Below, one piece after another: positions 12,476-25,960 of a stretch of DNA of 64,000 bases. Positions within the stretch are counted from its first letter, which is position 1. Each line of letters begins with the position of its first letter. Under the pieces are notes generated by a model. That model saw nothing but the letters and a program-made list of their open reading frames with translations, searched no databases and was not told the DNA's origin. The stretch comes from the human T2T-CHM13v2.0 reference genome, Homo sapiens, in NCBI RefSeq assembly GCF_009914755.1, contig NC_060935.1, one strand, 5' to 3'. The translations under genes and the position numbers were made by a program.

Positions 12476-13129
12476 AAAAATTTTTTTTAAATAAAAGCTT
12501 TCCAAATCTTTTACTATAAGTACATATTTCTTTAACGTTCACGAAAAATAGTGCCAGAAAACCTTGGAGAAAATAAACTCCAAAGCTGCTCCTCTGGCCT
12601 AATTTTTTCAGGGGCCATTCCTGTTGCCCCTGGTGACAACTTTATATTCTCCTATTTGAGGGTTCTAGACTCTGTGGCATTCCCAAGGCCATCTGACTTG
12701 GTGACCCCCATTCAGGGATAGGAGGAGGCCTTCATGCATCCTGCACTTCCCCAGTGAATTGCAGATCCCATTACTCACTTAGCTTCATTATATCTTTAAT
12801 TATGACCTTTTAGTCTGAATGAAAAAGAAGTATAATTTTGCTTTAAGAGATATGCCAGGCCTACGCTCCCAACATTTCTAGGTTTCATAGAAATTGCAGC
12901 GATCATAGAAATTTAACCTGATAATTACTGCAATATTTCAAGGCACACGGTTTCCTACTCTCTTAGAATAATTATGGGTTGTTGTTTTTTTCTCCCAAAT
13001 TCTTTTATTTCTTCATTATTAAAGGTTATACTAGTTTCCATTGTATGTGCCTAGAGACATAGGAAAATGCAGGGCATCCTTATCCACTCTGGTTCATAGC
13101 ACCCTATTGTGAAAATATGTTGTCCTTTT

Positions 13130-13270
13130 ATTTTCCCCTGTTATTATTTCTCTTAGACTATAAGCTTTATGTGGGCCAGGAAAACATGTATTTGGCTCAC
13201 TCTGCTTACAGCGCCTAAAATGGGACTTAGTACACAGCAGGCATGCTGTAAGTATCTGTTAAATGAATGC
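13130..13270 (+). mobile_element. L2 3' end
   Basis: tagactataagcttt...tgttaaatgaatg. Confidence 0.65.
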
Positions 13271-13719
13271 CCAGACAAATACATTTAGAAACAGATAAAC
13301 TAATTGCATTTGTGAATTGTAAAGCAACCTTGGTGTCATCAAACTCCTGTTGAGAGTCCGCTCCGGAAAGAAAGCATGGGTCCACAAAGCTACAAAGAAA
13401 TGATTGCAGCCAGAGGGGTTTCAGAATTCAGGAAGTCCAAATTTTATAAAGAATATCTAATTTAATTTCCCAGCAGCAATTGGGACAGAACCTCACGATC
13501 AAACAAGCAAACTGATATATTTTTCTGTGAAAATGTATGAGTATTTACATCAAACGGGACAAATAAAAACTAGAAGTAACCTCAAGTCAGTTCAGAAGAC
13601 TTTTTGCTGCTGAATAATTCAGGTCAAATCCAGGTCTACTGTTAAATAAGTTAGAAGAACTTGTGGTTTTCAGAGCTTTTTGGAGTTTGGAATTGTAGGT
13701 AAGGACCCGGGGACCTTTA

Positions 13720-13950
13720 GGAGTCAGTAGATCCAAGTGTGTGCTTTAGAGCTGGCATTGTTCCATCTAGGTCCACCACTTCTTGGCTAGATTCTTGGGC
13801 AAACTGTTTACATTCTTTGTCTTCTGTTTTCTCATCTACAAGTAAGAATCATAACATGACCTAACATACAGGGTTGGTAAGAGGATTTAAAAGAATTGAC
13901 ACATAAAATCTGACCCCATAATAAGTGCCCAATAAATATTAGCTACTGAC
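13720..13950 (+). mobile_element. MIR SINE
   Basis: ttgggcaaactgtttac...ttctcatctacaa...ataagtgcccaataaatattagc. Confidence 0.7.
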
Positions 13951-14055
13951 GTATTACCTTATTTCATGAAGCAAACAGCTTGTGAGACAGGTGTTATATT
14001 TTGGTTACCTGAAAGATGAGGAAACAGAGAGCGGGGCAGGTTAAGAACTGGCCCA

Positions 14056-14643
<588 letters not shown>

Positions 14644-16089
14644 AAGAACTGACCCAAAGTTACACAATGGGGCAAGAACAGGGCAAGGATTTGAAACTGC
14701 ACCTGCAGCATCCTGTCCACTACACAGGCCCACCTAAATTCTTATATCCCATTCAATATTCTTTTATCAGTGCTTACTCTGCTTTCCCTCTTCCAGCACA
14801 GAAATTTTGAGGAAAGACATGAAAAGCCCAGGAAAAATGGAAAGCGTTTAGATGCACATTTTATTAGCAGGTTCACTCTCTCCTCTCTCCTTCTTTCTTT
14901 CTCTTTTTGTTAAAAAGCAAGAGGCAAAAGAATTTGGCACCATTTCCATCATGTTGATTCTTCTGGGTTTCTCAAATGTTGTGATCCCTGGAAAGCCGGG
15001 ATTCATGCTTACCTCCACTCTTCATTAAGGCGGCCGTGGCTGTGAGCTGGGGAAGACAGGCTGCTGGTGCGGTGGGTGGGCGTGCTGAATAACACCCGAA
15101 CCACAGCTGTGGCTGCCCTTGTCAGAGTGCCAGCCTGCCTAACCCAGTCTGTTCTTGCCTGCTACCTGGCCCTCGCCCATCTGCTGCAGAATTCATAAAG
15201 TGCTGAAGATCACAAACATCTGAACCTATTATAGGTAACATACTTCAATTACATTCTGATTGTGGGCTTGGCTTCCCCCAAGCCTGGTTTGTAATGGTGC
15301 ACAGATCAAATTCTCCCCACAAAAGAAGCACTCATCTCTAGGTAATCTCATCATGTTGGGTGTGCTTAAGAAAGAAGCCATTCTCCTAGATGCTGCTTTG
15401 TGTTATTCAGTTACCTGGCAAAGGTTCCCCCAGATGTAAATGACAGAGAGAAAGAGAGAGAGATGTAAAGGACAGGGAGAGAGAGAACTGACTTAAAATC
15501 TTTTCCCATGAACTTACCATGTTTGTGTATGGATCTGTAGTTTGCTTTCTCCACTATGGAGCAAGTGATTTGTTAGTTGAAATGACCTTAGCTCTCCTGA
15601 GGCTTATCTATCTTGGTTGTTGGCTTATATCACGCAAATTATGACCACTCTTCCAAGGACATCAAAGAATAAACTGCCCATATGTCCCTCAGACTGTGCT
15701 CACATGTCTCTTGCCTTGCCCCTCCCAAGGAGCTCTGGGCAGCACTTACCAGGCATAGTACCCTGAGCTGGAGCAGCACTCAGGTTGACCCAGTTAGAAG
15801 CCTGACAAGCAGGACATCTCAGCCTCTGTTCAAGGCTGCTTCCACTTTCGTTTTCTACTGAACTTGCAAACAAGCAGTTAAAAGAAACACACAAATGCCC
15901 AGCTGAGCCATATTAGAGCATAAGGCAAAAGGAAAAATCAGAAATATCAGTACTGATTTTATTTAAAATGTTAGTATTTTATACACACTGAATTTTTGCA
16001 TTAATTTTGATTTTTCAACATATTGCATCAGAACCTGATTTATCTTGATTATGGAGTTTTTTTGGTGTTCTCTTAAATTTTGTTCCAAG

Positions 16090-16500
16090 TCCCAGCCCCA
16101 ATATGCACCCATTGAGGAGTAAGACGCTGGAGTATTTATGCATCAACTCCTGCCCTCATTGGTTGGTTGTTGCTCAGGGAGCATTAGTTAACTCCACAGC
16201 ACTTCTAGCTTGCCCGCTGTGCAGGTTAGACAGGCACCATCAGCGTCAGCCACAATGTCTGTCTTGGACTAATCATCTTGGCCAGAGAGAAGTAGCGTGT
16301 GATTGGTAGTCCTTTCCAGAAATGATGTGGCTTGAAGGAGCATTTCCCGAAAGAAGGCTTTGTATTCTGAGCAGCCCTGTGTCTCCTGAATGCTCTACAT
16401 AGCCCTTTCTTAGATATTACAAGTCAATGCATTCCTTTTTTTTCCCCCTCAAGATAGTTTGAGTTGTGTTTATGTCACTTGAAACCAAAGAGTCCTGACT
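16090..16500. mobile_element. Old ERVL/MaLR LTR fragments
   Basis: ctggagtatttatgcatcaactcc...cattggtt; 3' end gtttgagttgtgtttatgtcacttgaaaccaaagagtcctgact. Confidence 0.5.
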
Positions 16501-16567
16501 CTTGCAGGCAGACAGCTGAGAGTAGTGTCGAGCCTCATTAGGGTAGGGCAACATAGGTGTTGGGGGA

Positions 16568-17080
16568 TGTATTAGTCAGCATTCTCTAGAGGGACAGAAC
16601 TAATAGTATATAATTTATTAGGAGAATTGACTCACACGATTACAAGGTAAAGTCCCACAAGAGGCCATCTGAAAGCTGAGGAGCCAGGATGCCAGTCAGA
16701 GTCCCAAAACATCAAAAGTAGGGAAGTCTATGGCTGAAGGCCCAAGAGCCCCTGGCAAATCACTAGTGTAAGTCCAAGAGTCCAAAAGTGGAAGAACCTG
16801 GAGTCTGATATTCGAGGGAAGGAAGCATCCAGCACAGGAGAAAGATGGAGGCCAGAAGACCTAGCCAGTTTAGCCTTTCCACGTTCTCCTGCCTGCTTTT
16901 ATTCTGGCTGTGTTGGCAGCTGATTAGATGGTGCCCACCCGGACTGAGGGTGGATCTGTCTTTCCCAGTCAACTGACTCAAATGTTAATCTCCTTTGGCA
17001 ACTCCCTCACAGACACACCCAGGAACAATACTTTGCATCCTTCATTCCAATCAAGTTGGCACTCAATATTAACCATCACA
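16568..17080 (-). mobile_element. MLT2A (HERVL) solo LTR, MLT2A2-like
   Basis: tgtattagtcagcattctctagagggacagaact...caatcaagttggcactcaatattaaccatcaca; perfect TSD GGGGA at 16563-16567 and 17081-17085. Confidence 0.9.
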
Positions 17081-17199
17081 GGGGACCAGTGGAGTATTCC
17101 TGCATTTGGGGCATCATGGGGCTTTACTTCTCTAGCATGTCAAGGTAGGCTGGAAGAGAATTTGGAGATCCTGGGTGGCTCACTCTAATTGGGACTAAC

Positions 17200-17900
17200 A
17201 ATAGCAGCAAACGTTTATGGCACAGTATGGTTCTAAATCATGTTCACCCTCCTATTTCTTTCCCCACCAAGGCTTAGAGGTACAGGCAAGGCAAGTTATA
17301 CAATCCCAACTTCACGGATGAGGAAACTAAGGCTTCAACAATGACCCACCTATAGCTAAGTGGTAGCAGAGGATCTTGTCTTTTAAGTCACCAAACTCAA
17401 GCAATGAGACAGAACAATGGGGCTCATTTTGAAGCAGATTATCTTCCTGTTATTCTGTTGATGTAAACTTTAGTTCCTTGGTTCTATTCCACGAATTCTG
17501 TATGAAGTCACAAGTAATTGTCAGTGCTTTTCAGAAACAGGGACCTTGTCTTTGTCACCTAATCTGCAGCTCCCACACAATTCCTGGCAGGGATAGGTGC
17601 TCGGGCAATGTTTGTTGAATTGGATTAATACTGAGGAAGGAGAAGCTCAGAAAATTTCTGGCACTAGGCTACGCTGGACATTTAGAGGAAAGATGAAATG
17701 CTAAGAATAGGTCTGCCATCCACTTAATGAACGTACTGTGCCAAATGCTGGATGTACACCTCACCTGTATAGCAACTGCATAAAGTAAACATCGTTCATC
17801 CTGTTATACAGATAAGAAAAGAGAAGTTCAGAAAGATAAGGATCTTACTCAGTGACAGGACTGGGACTGAAACCCAAGTATGCCTGACTCCCAAATCTGT
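17200..17900. mobile_element. MIR(-) / L2(+) / MIR(-) fragments
   Basis: cacggatgaggaaactaaggc; cagggaccttgtc...tgtttgttgaat; acagataagaaaagagaagttcag. Confidence 0.6.
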
Positions 17901-19169
17901 GTTCCTGAATCAAGTGTGCTCTGTCATTTGGAAGCTATACTAAGTCATCTTGCAATTCCATATAACAAGCTTGATAGAATGAATAGCCTGGTCTTATTTA
18001 AGGAGTTCCTTTTCCTCTCCTATCCTCTAGGAGGACTCCAGAGTTCTTTGTACTTTTGCAAATGACGGGTGGAGAAGCACCAGAGGTTCTGGAGTTAGAG
18101 TAGGTTGGAGGCATTTAGGGAGAGTTTGGAGAAGGAAGCCTAGGACAGTATGGAATATGAGGTGACCAGGAGAAGGAAAAGGGGATACAAGAGTGTTACT
18201 GGGGGCTTACGAATTAGATTCCTATTAAATCAGTAAATATGCAATTATTTTTTGCTTATTTGGAAGGTGCATATTTGAATGCCAGACTGCTGGGAACTAA
18301 AGGATGTGGGTCAATGGAGTGTCATAGGAAGGTCAGTTGAGCTGCCCTGGAGGGATCCAGGTAGAGGCTGGGCAGCACCCCAGTGAACGTAGGTAGGGGA
18401 TCCAGGCATTGACTGGAGGAGAGTTGGACCACAAAACATTTCCAATTTTGTGTATCTCCAAATCTCCCACTCTGGCTAAGCATGAAGGCAGCCTAGCCAT
18501 TTTGCTCATTCCTGCCACATGTAGTTCCCCTCCTGCCTTATCAAATGTTTATCTGTCCCCACCTCCCAACCCATCTTAATTATTTGCAATGATCCGTGAT
18601 AGACACATAAACAACTCTGCAGCTTAAAATTCCCCCATCAGGCAAATATGAAATTATTCACATTTTTCTTGTAGGTTTTTCATGAAGCAAGTTGGTGATG
18701 AAATGACTCTCAAACGCCTTCCCCATTTTACGCTGGGGATTCTGCCTTTACCCTTTAATGGGTGTGTGTCTTCATGCCTCAGCTACACTGAGCGTTCTCC
18801 TTCCCTGTTTATGTTTATTTTGGAAGCAAAATGTGTTTACAAAATCAGTTAAAAAGTGTTAATGATCAGTTTCCAGAATACTAATGTGAATTCAAATTAC
18901 TTTCACATGAATCAAGACAAATTAAAAAATGCCATTTGATCACAAACTGTTTTAAATTTGTGTTCTAAGTGGCGCAGCAAATCTGAATATACGCTTTTTA
19001 AAAAGAGCAGTTTAAAATAACCATTCTGATGGCATGAAGCAGTTTTGAATAAGAAGTCTCCTTCCAAGAGGAAAGGTCAGCTTTTGGGCATTCATATGGG
19101 AGAAGGTATGGGGTGACATGTGCCCCCCGCTTCCCAGAGAAAAATATTGTTTGTAATTGTCAAAATTAG

Positions 19170-19290
19170 GACTGAGCTATAAAATGTTCATGATTTTCAT
19201 CTGTCTTGTTCACTACTATTTTTCCAGTGTCTGGACCAGAGCTTGGCACATTACAGGCACTCTATTTGCAGAATAAATGAATGAATAAAA
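19170..19290 (+). mobile_element. L2 3' end
   Basis: tctgtcttgttcactact...gcttggcaca...gaataaatgaatgaat. Confidence 0.7.
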
Positions 19291-19857
19291 TCAGCTATAT
19301 AAATTATAAAATTTAATCCAAGATTTTATTTGCTCTGAGTTAGTATAAAAATTTTGAAGTTCATAGCAAGACAGAGTAGAAAAATGAGGGCCATGGCATG
19401 GAAAAGTCACCAATTCCAAATCCATGTAATATTCCTCCTTCTTGTGCTCTCCTGGCCCATGCTGGTGACCCAGTAAAGTTCCTTCTGCCAATAGTAGCTT
19501 CTGACAGTCCGAGACACAAGGGACTATGTTGGCTTAAATGTGGCTTTTGCAGAATCACAACTGCTGTCTACCTGAATTTACCTGAATACCTTTTTCAGTG
19601 GTTCCACCTCCTACCTATAATGGAGATGGGGACTTGTGGGGTGACATTGTGCCGCTTCCAGGCTTTTAGCAGGCAACTTCTCCTGGCTCGGATGATCTAG
19701 AGCAGTGATTTTCCAGCAGTTCCTGGGGGTCTGGTGAGAAGAAGACAGGCCTGGAGTTGAAGGAGAGAAAAAAGGCTGGGCTGGCCTGTTGGAAGGAGAC
19801 TTCCACCTCTGCAAGCATCCCCATCTTGTTTGGATTGCAAACTCAGTTGCCAGGTAA

Positions 19858-20189
<332 letters not shown>

Positions 20190-20635
20190 TCAAGTGCTAT
20201 TTTAAAAGATGGTGGTGGTTTGGGGGAGGATTGAAAACATTTATCTACACAGCTAAAGGAGCTGGCAAAGAATAAAGCTATGGTTCTGGATCCGGTTCCC
20301 CAAGGGGCACTTAACTGCCTGTCTCTGGGTTAATGCATGCGGGGCACACACAGTGCCTCTGCTAGAAACGATGCAAGCTGAGATTCTCTAGGCTGTTTTG
20401 CAAAGACTCTCCATGTCTCTGTTTTGGAATATGTTTGTATCACAGGCTTGGTTCTAGCCGAGAGGCTGTGTAGAAGCGGGTGAATTTGACTTAGATGTTG
20501 CCCAATGTTCCAAGGGATCTTTGGCTCTTGGCCCCCAGAACAGAATCAGATAAGCCCACTCATAAGCAACTTTGAGAGAGTCCAAGTCTATGCCTTCAAA
20601 GGGTAAGGAGCTGTTTCAGGGAAAGAAGGAACCTA

Positions 20636-20887
20636 GGCCAGGCACAGTGGCTCACGCCTGTAATCCCAGTGCTTTGGGAGGCCAAAGCGGGCTGATCAAG
20701 ACGTCAGGAGTTCAAGACCAGCTTGGCCAACATGATGAAACTCTGTCTCTACTAAAAATACAAAAAATTAGCCGGGTGTGGTGGCAGGCACCTGTAATCC
20801 CAGCTACTTGGGAGGCTGAGGCAGGGGAACTGGTTGAACCCGGGAGGCGGAGGTTTCAGTGAGCCAAGGCATTTCAAAAAAAAAAAG
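20636..20887 (+). mobile_element. Alu (AluS), right arm internally deleted
   Basis: gtgagccaagg joins directly to catttc(A)n; TSD-like aaggaaccta / aaggaaacta. Confidence 0.9.
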
Positions 20888-21109
20888 GAAACTAAAGGAT
20901 TTGCCAGTTGGGACAAAATGATGTCTGAGCAGCCTGTCGGGATTAGAAGCACTTCCTAGAAGTCCTGGAACCCCGGACTTACTCCTCATCCCCACCCCAT
21001 CACTTAGACACTAGGCAGGAAATATCCAGTTGGATGCCAAAGTGACCCAATTGTCCCTCCTCAATTGTCTCTCTAAAAGCCAAGCAAGATGAGGGGAACG
21101 GCTTTGGAC

Positions 21110-21320
21110 TCGGGCTGACTTGGACCACATCCCATCTCTGCCGCCATCTGAGCTCTGTGACCGTGAAGTGCTCCTACCACCCTTCTGAGCTTTTGTTTTC
21201 TTCACCTGTAAAAGTGCAGGAAGAATACTTACCTGTCACCAGAATATTCCAAGAATTAGAATTAATGTTTGGAAAGTTGTTGACACCTAGCAGGTACTCA
21301 AAAAATGGTGGCTATTACTA
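21110..21320 (+). mobile_element. MIR SINE
   Basis: gctctgtgacc...ttcttcacctgtaaaagtg...ggtactcaaaaaatggtggctatta. Confidence 0.7.
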
Positions 21321-22449
21321 CTACATTCTACAGTCTCTGCGCTACTTTGAAAGGACTTGCTTCTAGGGGAGCTTATTTCTAATGGGGAGATATTTTGGTT
21401 TTGAAGTAAAATCTATACCGTGTTAGATGGGAGGTGTGCTTTAGAGAAAAAATAAAGCAGGGATGGGAGACTGAGATGGCTGGGGAGCCTGAGGAAAGCC
21501 CCATTTATAGGTCTAAGAATGAGAGAGAGTTTCTTTCTTAAATTCCCTCTCCCTACTTTATCAAAGAGATTTTACTTCCAAATAAGTGTAAACGGGAAAA
21601 GGGAACAGAGCCTGAAAGACACTCAAAACAGACACTCAAAAATGCTGTCCTAGGGAGTCAGCTGGGGTGTCATCACTGACGTGGGACTTAGGGTGTTGAG
21701 CTGGAGTCCTGGTTTGTCATTTGAAAAGAGAAATCCTGATCAAGTTGTTGTACTGCTCTTTGACTCTATTTCCTTAACTGTAAATTAGAGGTAAGAATCC
21801 CTGTCTCACGTGCACGAGCAGGAGAGGCTTTCTGGTCTGTTGGGATTCTCAGATTCACAAGGATCAGGACGTGGCCATTGAAAGCTGCCATCCCAAGAGG
21901 CAAAACTATGGAAGATAGGAAGGAAATCCGTACTTACCTCACTCTGCTCCCTCCTCCTTTCCGTGCCTGCGTGCACACACACACGCATGCACACACCCTG
22001 AGGTTGTCAGGGGACTAGAGGTGTTGTCCTTGAAAGTGAAAGTCATTCCAAGGCAAAGGAAATGTACTGGTGTTGAGAAGGTTCGGTAGGGCCCCTTCCA
22101 ACGGGAATGGCTGACTCGCCATGTCCTCTAAAGATGCTGCCTTGATTCGTGGATTTCAGCATTGTCCAAGCTCTGTGGCACCATGGACTGGTTGTATGTC
22201 ACTGACAAGCAAATGCTTAGTCCTGTGCTGTATATATTTACTGTACCATATAAATAATAAACACTAATAACTCACTTCATCCTTTACGAGTTCCCCATCC
22301 ATTTCCTGCCATTTCTGGAACTTTCATCACATGCTAGATGGTGTTGCTGACGTTTATTACTGGTTGCTCATATAGGGTGAGAAATCATTGTTGCCTCATG
22401 AATAGCTAGCATTTTTTTCCTCTTTCATTGAAAAGTTATTCTAACTCAA

Positions 22450-22780
22450 TCTAAATTTCCAACAACCAGGAAGTATTTAAATAAGTCATCTTCCAACCAT
22501 CTCATGAAATTACATAACCACTAAGAATCATGATTTTAAAAGCTATTCAACAATACAGGGAGAAAAATGCTCACATCACAATATTAGGTAAAAAAAGCAA
22601 TGCAGAAAATCATCTATCCAGCGTGATCCGATTTTGCCCATACATTTATATGTAGATTTATGTGGGCACATTAAAAGACGTGGCAAAAAATGTTATTTCT
22701 GCGTGAGATGGTGGTGGGTGATTTTTATTTTCCACATTTTACAAATTTTCCACAGTGGACTTTTGGAAGCTGAAAAAATA
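22450..22780 (+). mobile_element. Old L1ME 3' fragment
   Basis: gaaaaatgctcacatcacaatattaggtaaaaaaagca...ggtgggtgatttttatttt. Confidence 0.55.
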
Positions 22781-23539
22781 GATTATTCCTTTATTTGAAA
22801 ATTTTACTTTTAAAGGACATTTTCATAAATTTATTTTTAAATGTTATTTCTTTAAAACATTTCAAGACAATCTAATACATATAACAATAAAAACGCCAGC
22901 ACTAATGTCTGCCTGACAGTGGCCAAAATGGGTGAGTGTGAGAGAGATGGGTTTGGCAGTCACTGTGAAACCAGCAATGAGGTTAACTCTGGTTTGGGGA
23001 CTATGTCTTCGGGATCTGTGCTTTGTTTTGTTTTTTCCCCTCTAAGTATGGGTGTTCTATCCACAACATTCACAGTCCTACATGTAGACATATGACAGGT
23101 GTATTTTCTGTTTTCAGATTTATATCCACCTACAAAATTACCCTGTGAAAGCCCCATCACTCACAGAAACTATTGCTGAGGAGGAGAGGATGATTTTATT
23201 TAGCTAATTTTTAACAAATCTCCAATGTTGCCCACATCTCCTGAAGCTGGGAGGAGGGATAATCAAGTCAAGCCCCATTGACTAGGAGAATAGTGAACTG
23301 TGGAAAATGAGTTCTCAGCACGCCACAGGGCCACAACTCCATTTAAAGAACACGTTCATTATTCAGACACTCGGCCTTCTTCCGGGGCTGTTGGCCTGTC
23401 CCCAGGGCTGCCTCCATTCCCAGGGGCCCTGCAGCCTTCTGAGCCAGCCTCATACGCATGTTGGTGCTGGCAGCTGGTGTGGAGCAGCTCCAGGCACCAC
23501 TGCAGTGGATCCCTGTAGCAGCGCTGAGAAGGACACGAG

Positions 23540-24100
23540 CACTTAACTGATGTTTTCGTTTTACAGATGAGGAAACTGAGGCTCTGATGGACGCTGTTGC
23601 ATGCCAGGGTCACACAGCCAATCAAGGATAGCTGTACCCACATGTTTTCACTCCAAGACCATTGCCATTTCTAATGTGTGAAGCATCTTCCCTCCACTGG
23701 TCCAGCTTTAGAAGATGTGATTCTGACCAGCTAGCTTATGTTAAGATGGATATTTAAAAACCAGCTGTAAACAAAGATAAAAACAGCAACAACAAAAAAA
23801 GACAGACTTCCAGAATAATTATTAAATAAAATATATAAAAGATTGCAGTTTTGAGCTATCTAAATGTGAGACAAGCATAAAGGCAGACAGAGCTGAATTC
23901 AAACCTTAGCTTAGCCACTGCCTAGCTGTGTGACCTTACACAATATACTTAACTTCTCTGAGCTTCAGATCTCTCATTAATTGTACAGGGATTGTAAAAT
24001 CCGGCTCATGTGCTTGCTGTAAGGGCTTAGCAAGATAATAGAGGTGAAAACTCTCCTTTCACTCTGCCCATATAGTAGACCCTCAATAACATATAGTTAA
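23540..24100. mobile_element. MIR(-) ~23540-23660 and MIR(+) ~23880-24100
   Basis: ttttacagatgaggaaactgaggct; ctagctgtgtgacctt...cttaacttctctgagcttcag. Confidence 0.75.
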
Positions 24101-24589
24101 TTTCTGTCTCCTCTTCCTCTGCCTCTCCCTCCTCACTTCTCATTTTTCTTCACTGATTCTTCCAGCAGTTCTGAAAAGGGGGGCAGGATGATTCATATGT
24201 TCAATAAACATCTAAGTGCCAAGCATTATTCTAGATGCTGGGGAGAGAGGGCACTTTGGAGACTCATAACCCCACATGGTAACCATCAGCAGGAGTGCCA
24301 GAGGGGCTCACACTTTTGGAGGGGTGCATCCACTTTGCTTTCTTACTTTATCCATCCAGCTCCTGCAGGCATTTGAGTTTATGGCCCTGATCTAAGGTAA
24401 CGTTAATCAAGAATTTTCTAAGACTCTGTGGAAGCTGTTAGGTTACTCCCAGCAGGACCTGGTTTCAGGAGGGGCTCTAGTTGCAAAGCTCAAACCTATC
24501 AAAGCTGGCATCCATCCTTTGCTGGGATGCCTGGGAAACACTGCAGCCCAAAAGACTAATAAATGAAGTGGTTGTCATTAACTATGTAT

Positions 24590-24910
24590 TAATTCATTCA
24601 TAAGTCACCCACCTCACAGTATTAGATGTAATAGATTCTAGGTACATATAGGGTGCTAGAGATGTATATCAGTGAAGAAATCTTTGTCCCTGGTCTTAAG
24701 GAGTTGACAAGTTAAGCAGGCATACAAGCTTATAAAGAAATCACTACAACAGAGCATGAAATTTGTGAGTCTGGGTATAGGGTACAGATGAGGAACCACG
24801 GGAAATGAGGCTGAAGAAACAGACGGTGTTCAGATCACACAAGGTTTTGATGACCCTTCTAAGGAGCAGAGATTTCTTCTGAAGCAAAGAGAAACCAATG
24901 AGGAGTTTCG
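24590..24910 (-). mobile_element. L2 fragment
   Basis: attcattca...gtccctggtcttaaggagttgaca...cagatcacacaagg...gagaaaccaatgaggagttt. Confidence 0.6.
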
Positions 24911-25005
24911 ATAAATGACTTCCCCTTCTCCAAATCCATTTTCTTTCCATAGTTAATAATTTATTTTTTGAAAGTACTAGAAGGGGACTTAGAAATCATC
25001 TAGTC

Positions 25006-25185
25006 CAGAGGTAACAAACGGGATTCATCTGATGAGCCAACTCTGATCAGAAGGTGGGAGCTGTCTGTGTTGAGAAGGATTCTGCAGCCAAGTCTAGGCT
25101 CATTAAAACCACAATTGATTCATGATGTCTGCCACATACAAAGAAAGGAAAAGGTGGCATCCACCCTAAGAGTTGAATTATCATC
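25006..25185. mobile_element. hAT DNA transposon remnant (MER112-like) inside a MIR
   Basis: gccaactctgatc...tgtgttgagaaggattctg motif; MIR halves on both sides. Confidence 0.55.
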
Positions 25186-25419
25186 TTTTTAAAGTAAGGA
25201 CATTTCTTTGCACAAGTCACACAACTAGTTGATGCCAGAGCCAGGCCTAGAACCGAGGACTCCTGGGTTGCAGCAGAGAACCTATTCTCTGCACCATCTT
25301 CGCTCAGTCCTCCTTCGTGAGCAGGAGCAGAGCAGGAAACCTGGTTCCCATGACAACCAGCCTCTATGTCTCATAGGGTATCAAGACCATCCAGCCAGAG
25401 AGTGCTAAAGTAATAGGGG

Positions 25420-25960
25420 GAGCGCTTCTGTCATGTAACACTGTGTAACAAACCACCCAAAGTCTAAATGTCTTACAATAGTTTATTATTGTCTCTCATG
25501 ATTCTGTGAGTTGACTGGACTCAGTGGGACAGTCTGCTGGTCTGGCTTGGGATGCTCATGCAGTTGCAATCAAACGGCAGCTGGTGTTGGAGCTATCTGG
25601 AGGCTCCACGGGTGGGACTGTGAAAATGGCTTCTTCCCTCACACCTGGCACCTCCATGCCCCTCTACGTAGTTTCTGTCTTCATCAGGAGCCTCACCCGC
25701 CACGGCCTCTGCAGGGGTCTCTCTCCAGTGGAGTAGCTGGACTTCTTACACAGTAGATGGCTTGCGAGAGTGTACAAGTGGAATCTGCTATGCCTTCTTA
25801 AAGCCTGGAAGCAGTAGAGTGTGATTTCTGCCACATCCTGTTGGTTATGGGTGAGTCACAGGTACAATCCAGATTGTTTGGAAGGGTGGGAGGGGACTGC
25901 ACAGGGATTTGAACACCAGGAGTGCTTCATGGGGACTGGCCTGGGGGACAAACTACCACT
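25420..25960 (-). mobile_element. MaLR LTR (MLT1F/H-like)
   Basis: tgtgtaacaaaccacccaaa...ctcatgattctgtgagttg...gctggacttcttaca...actaccac. Confidence 0.75.
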
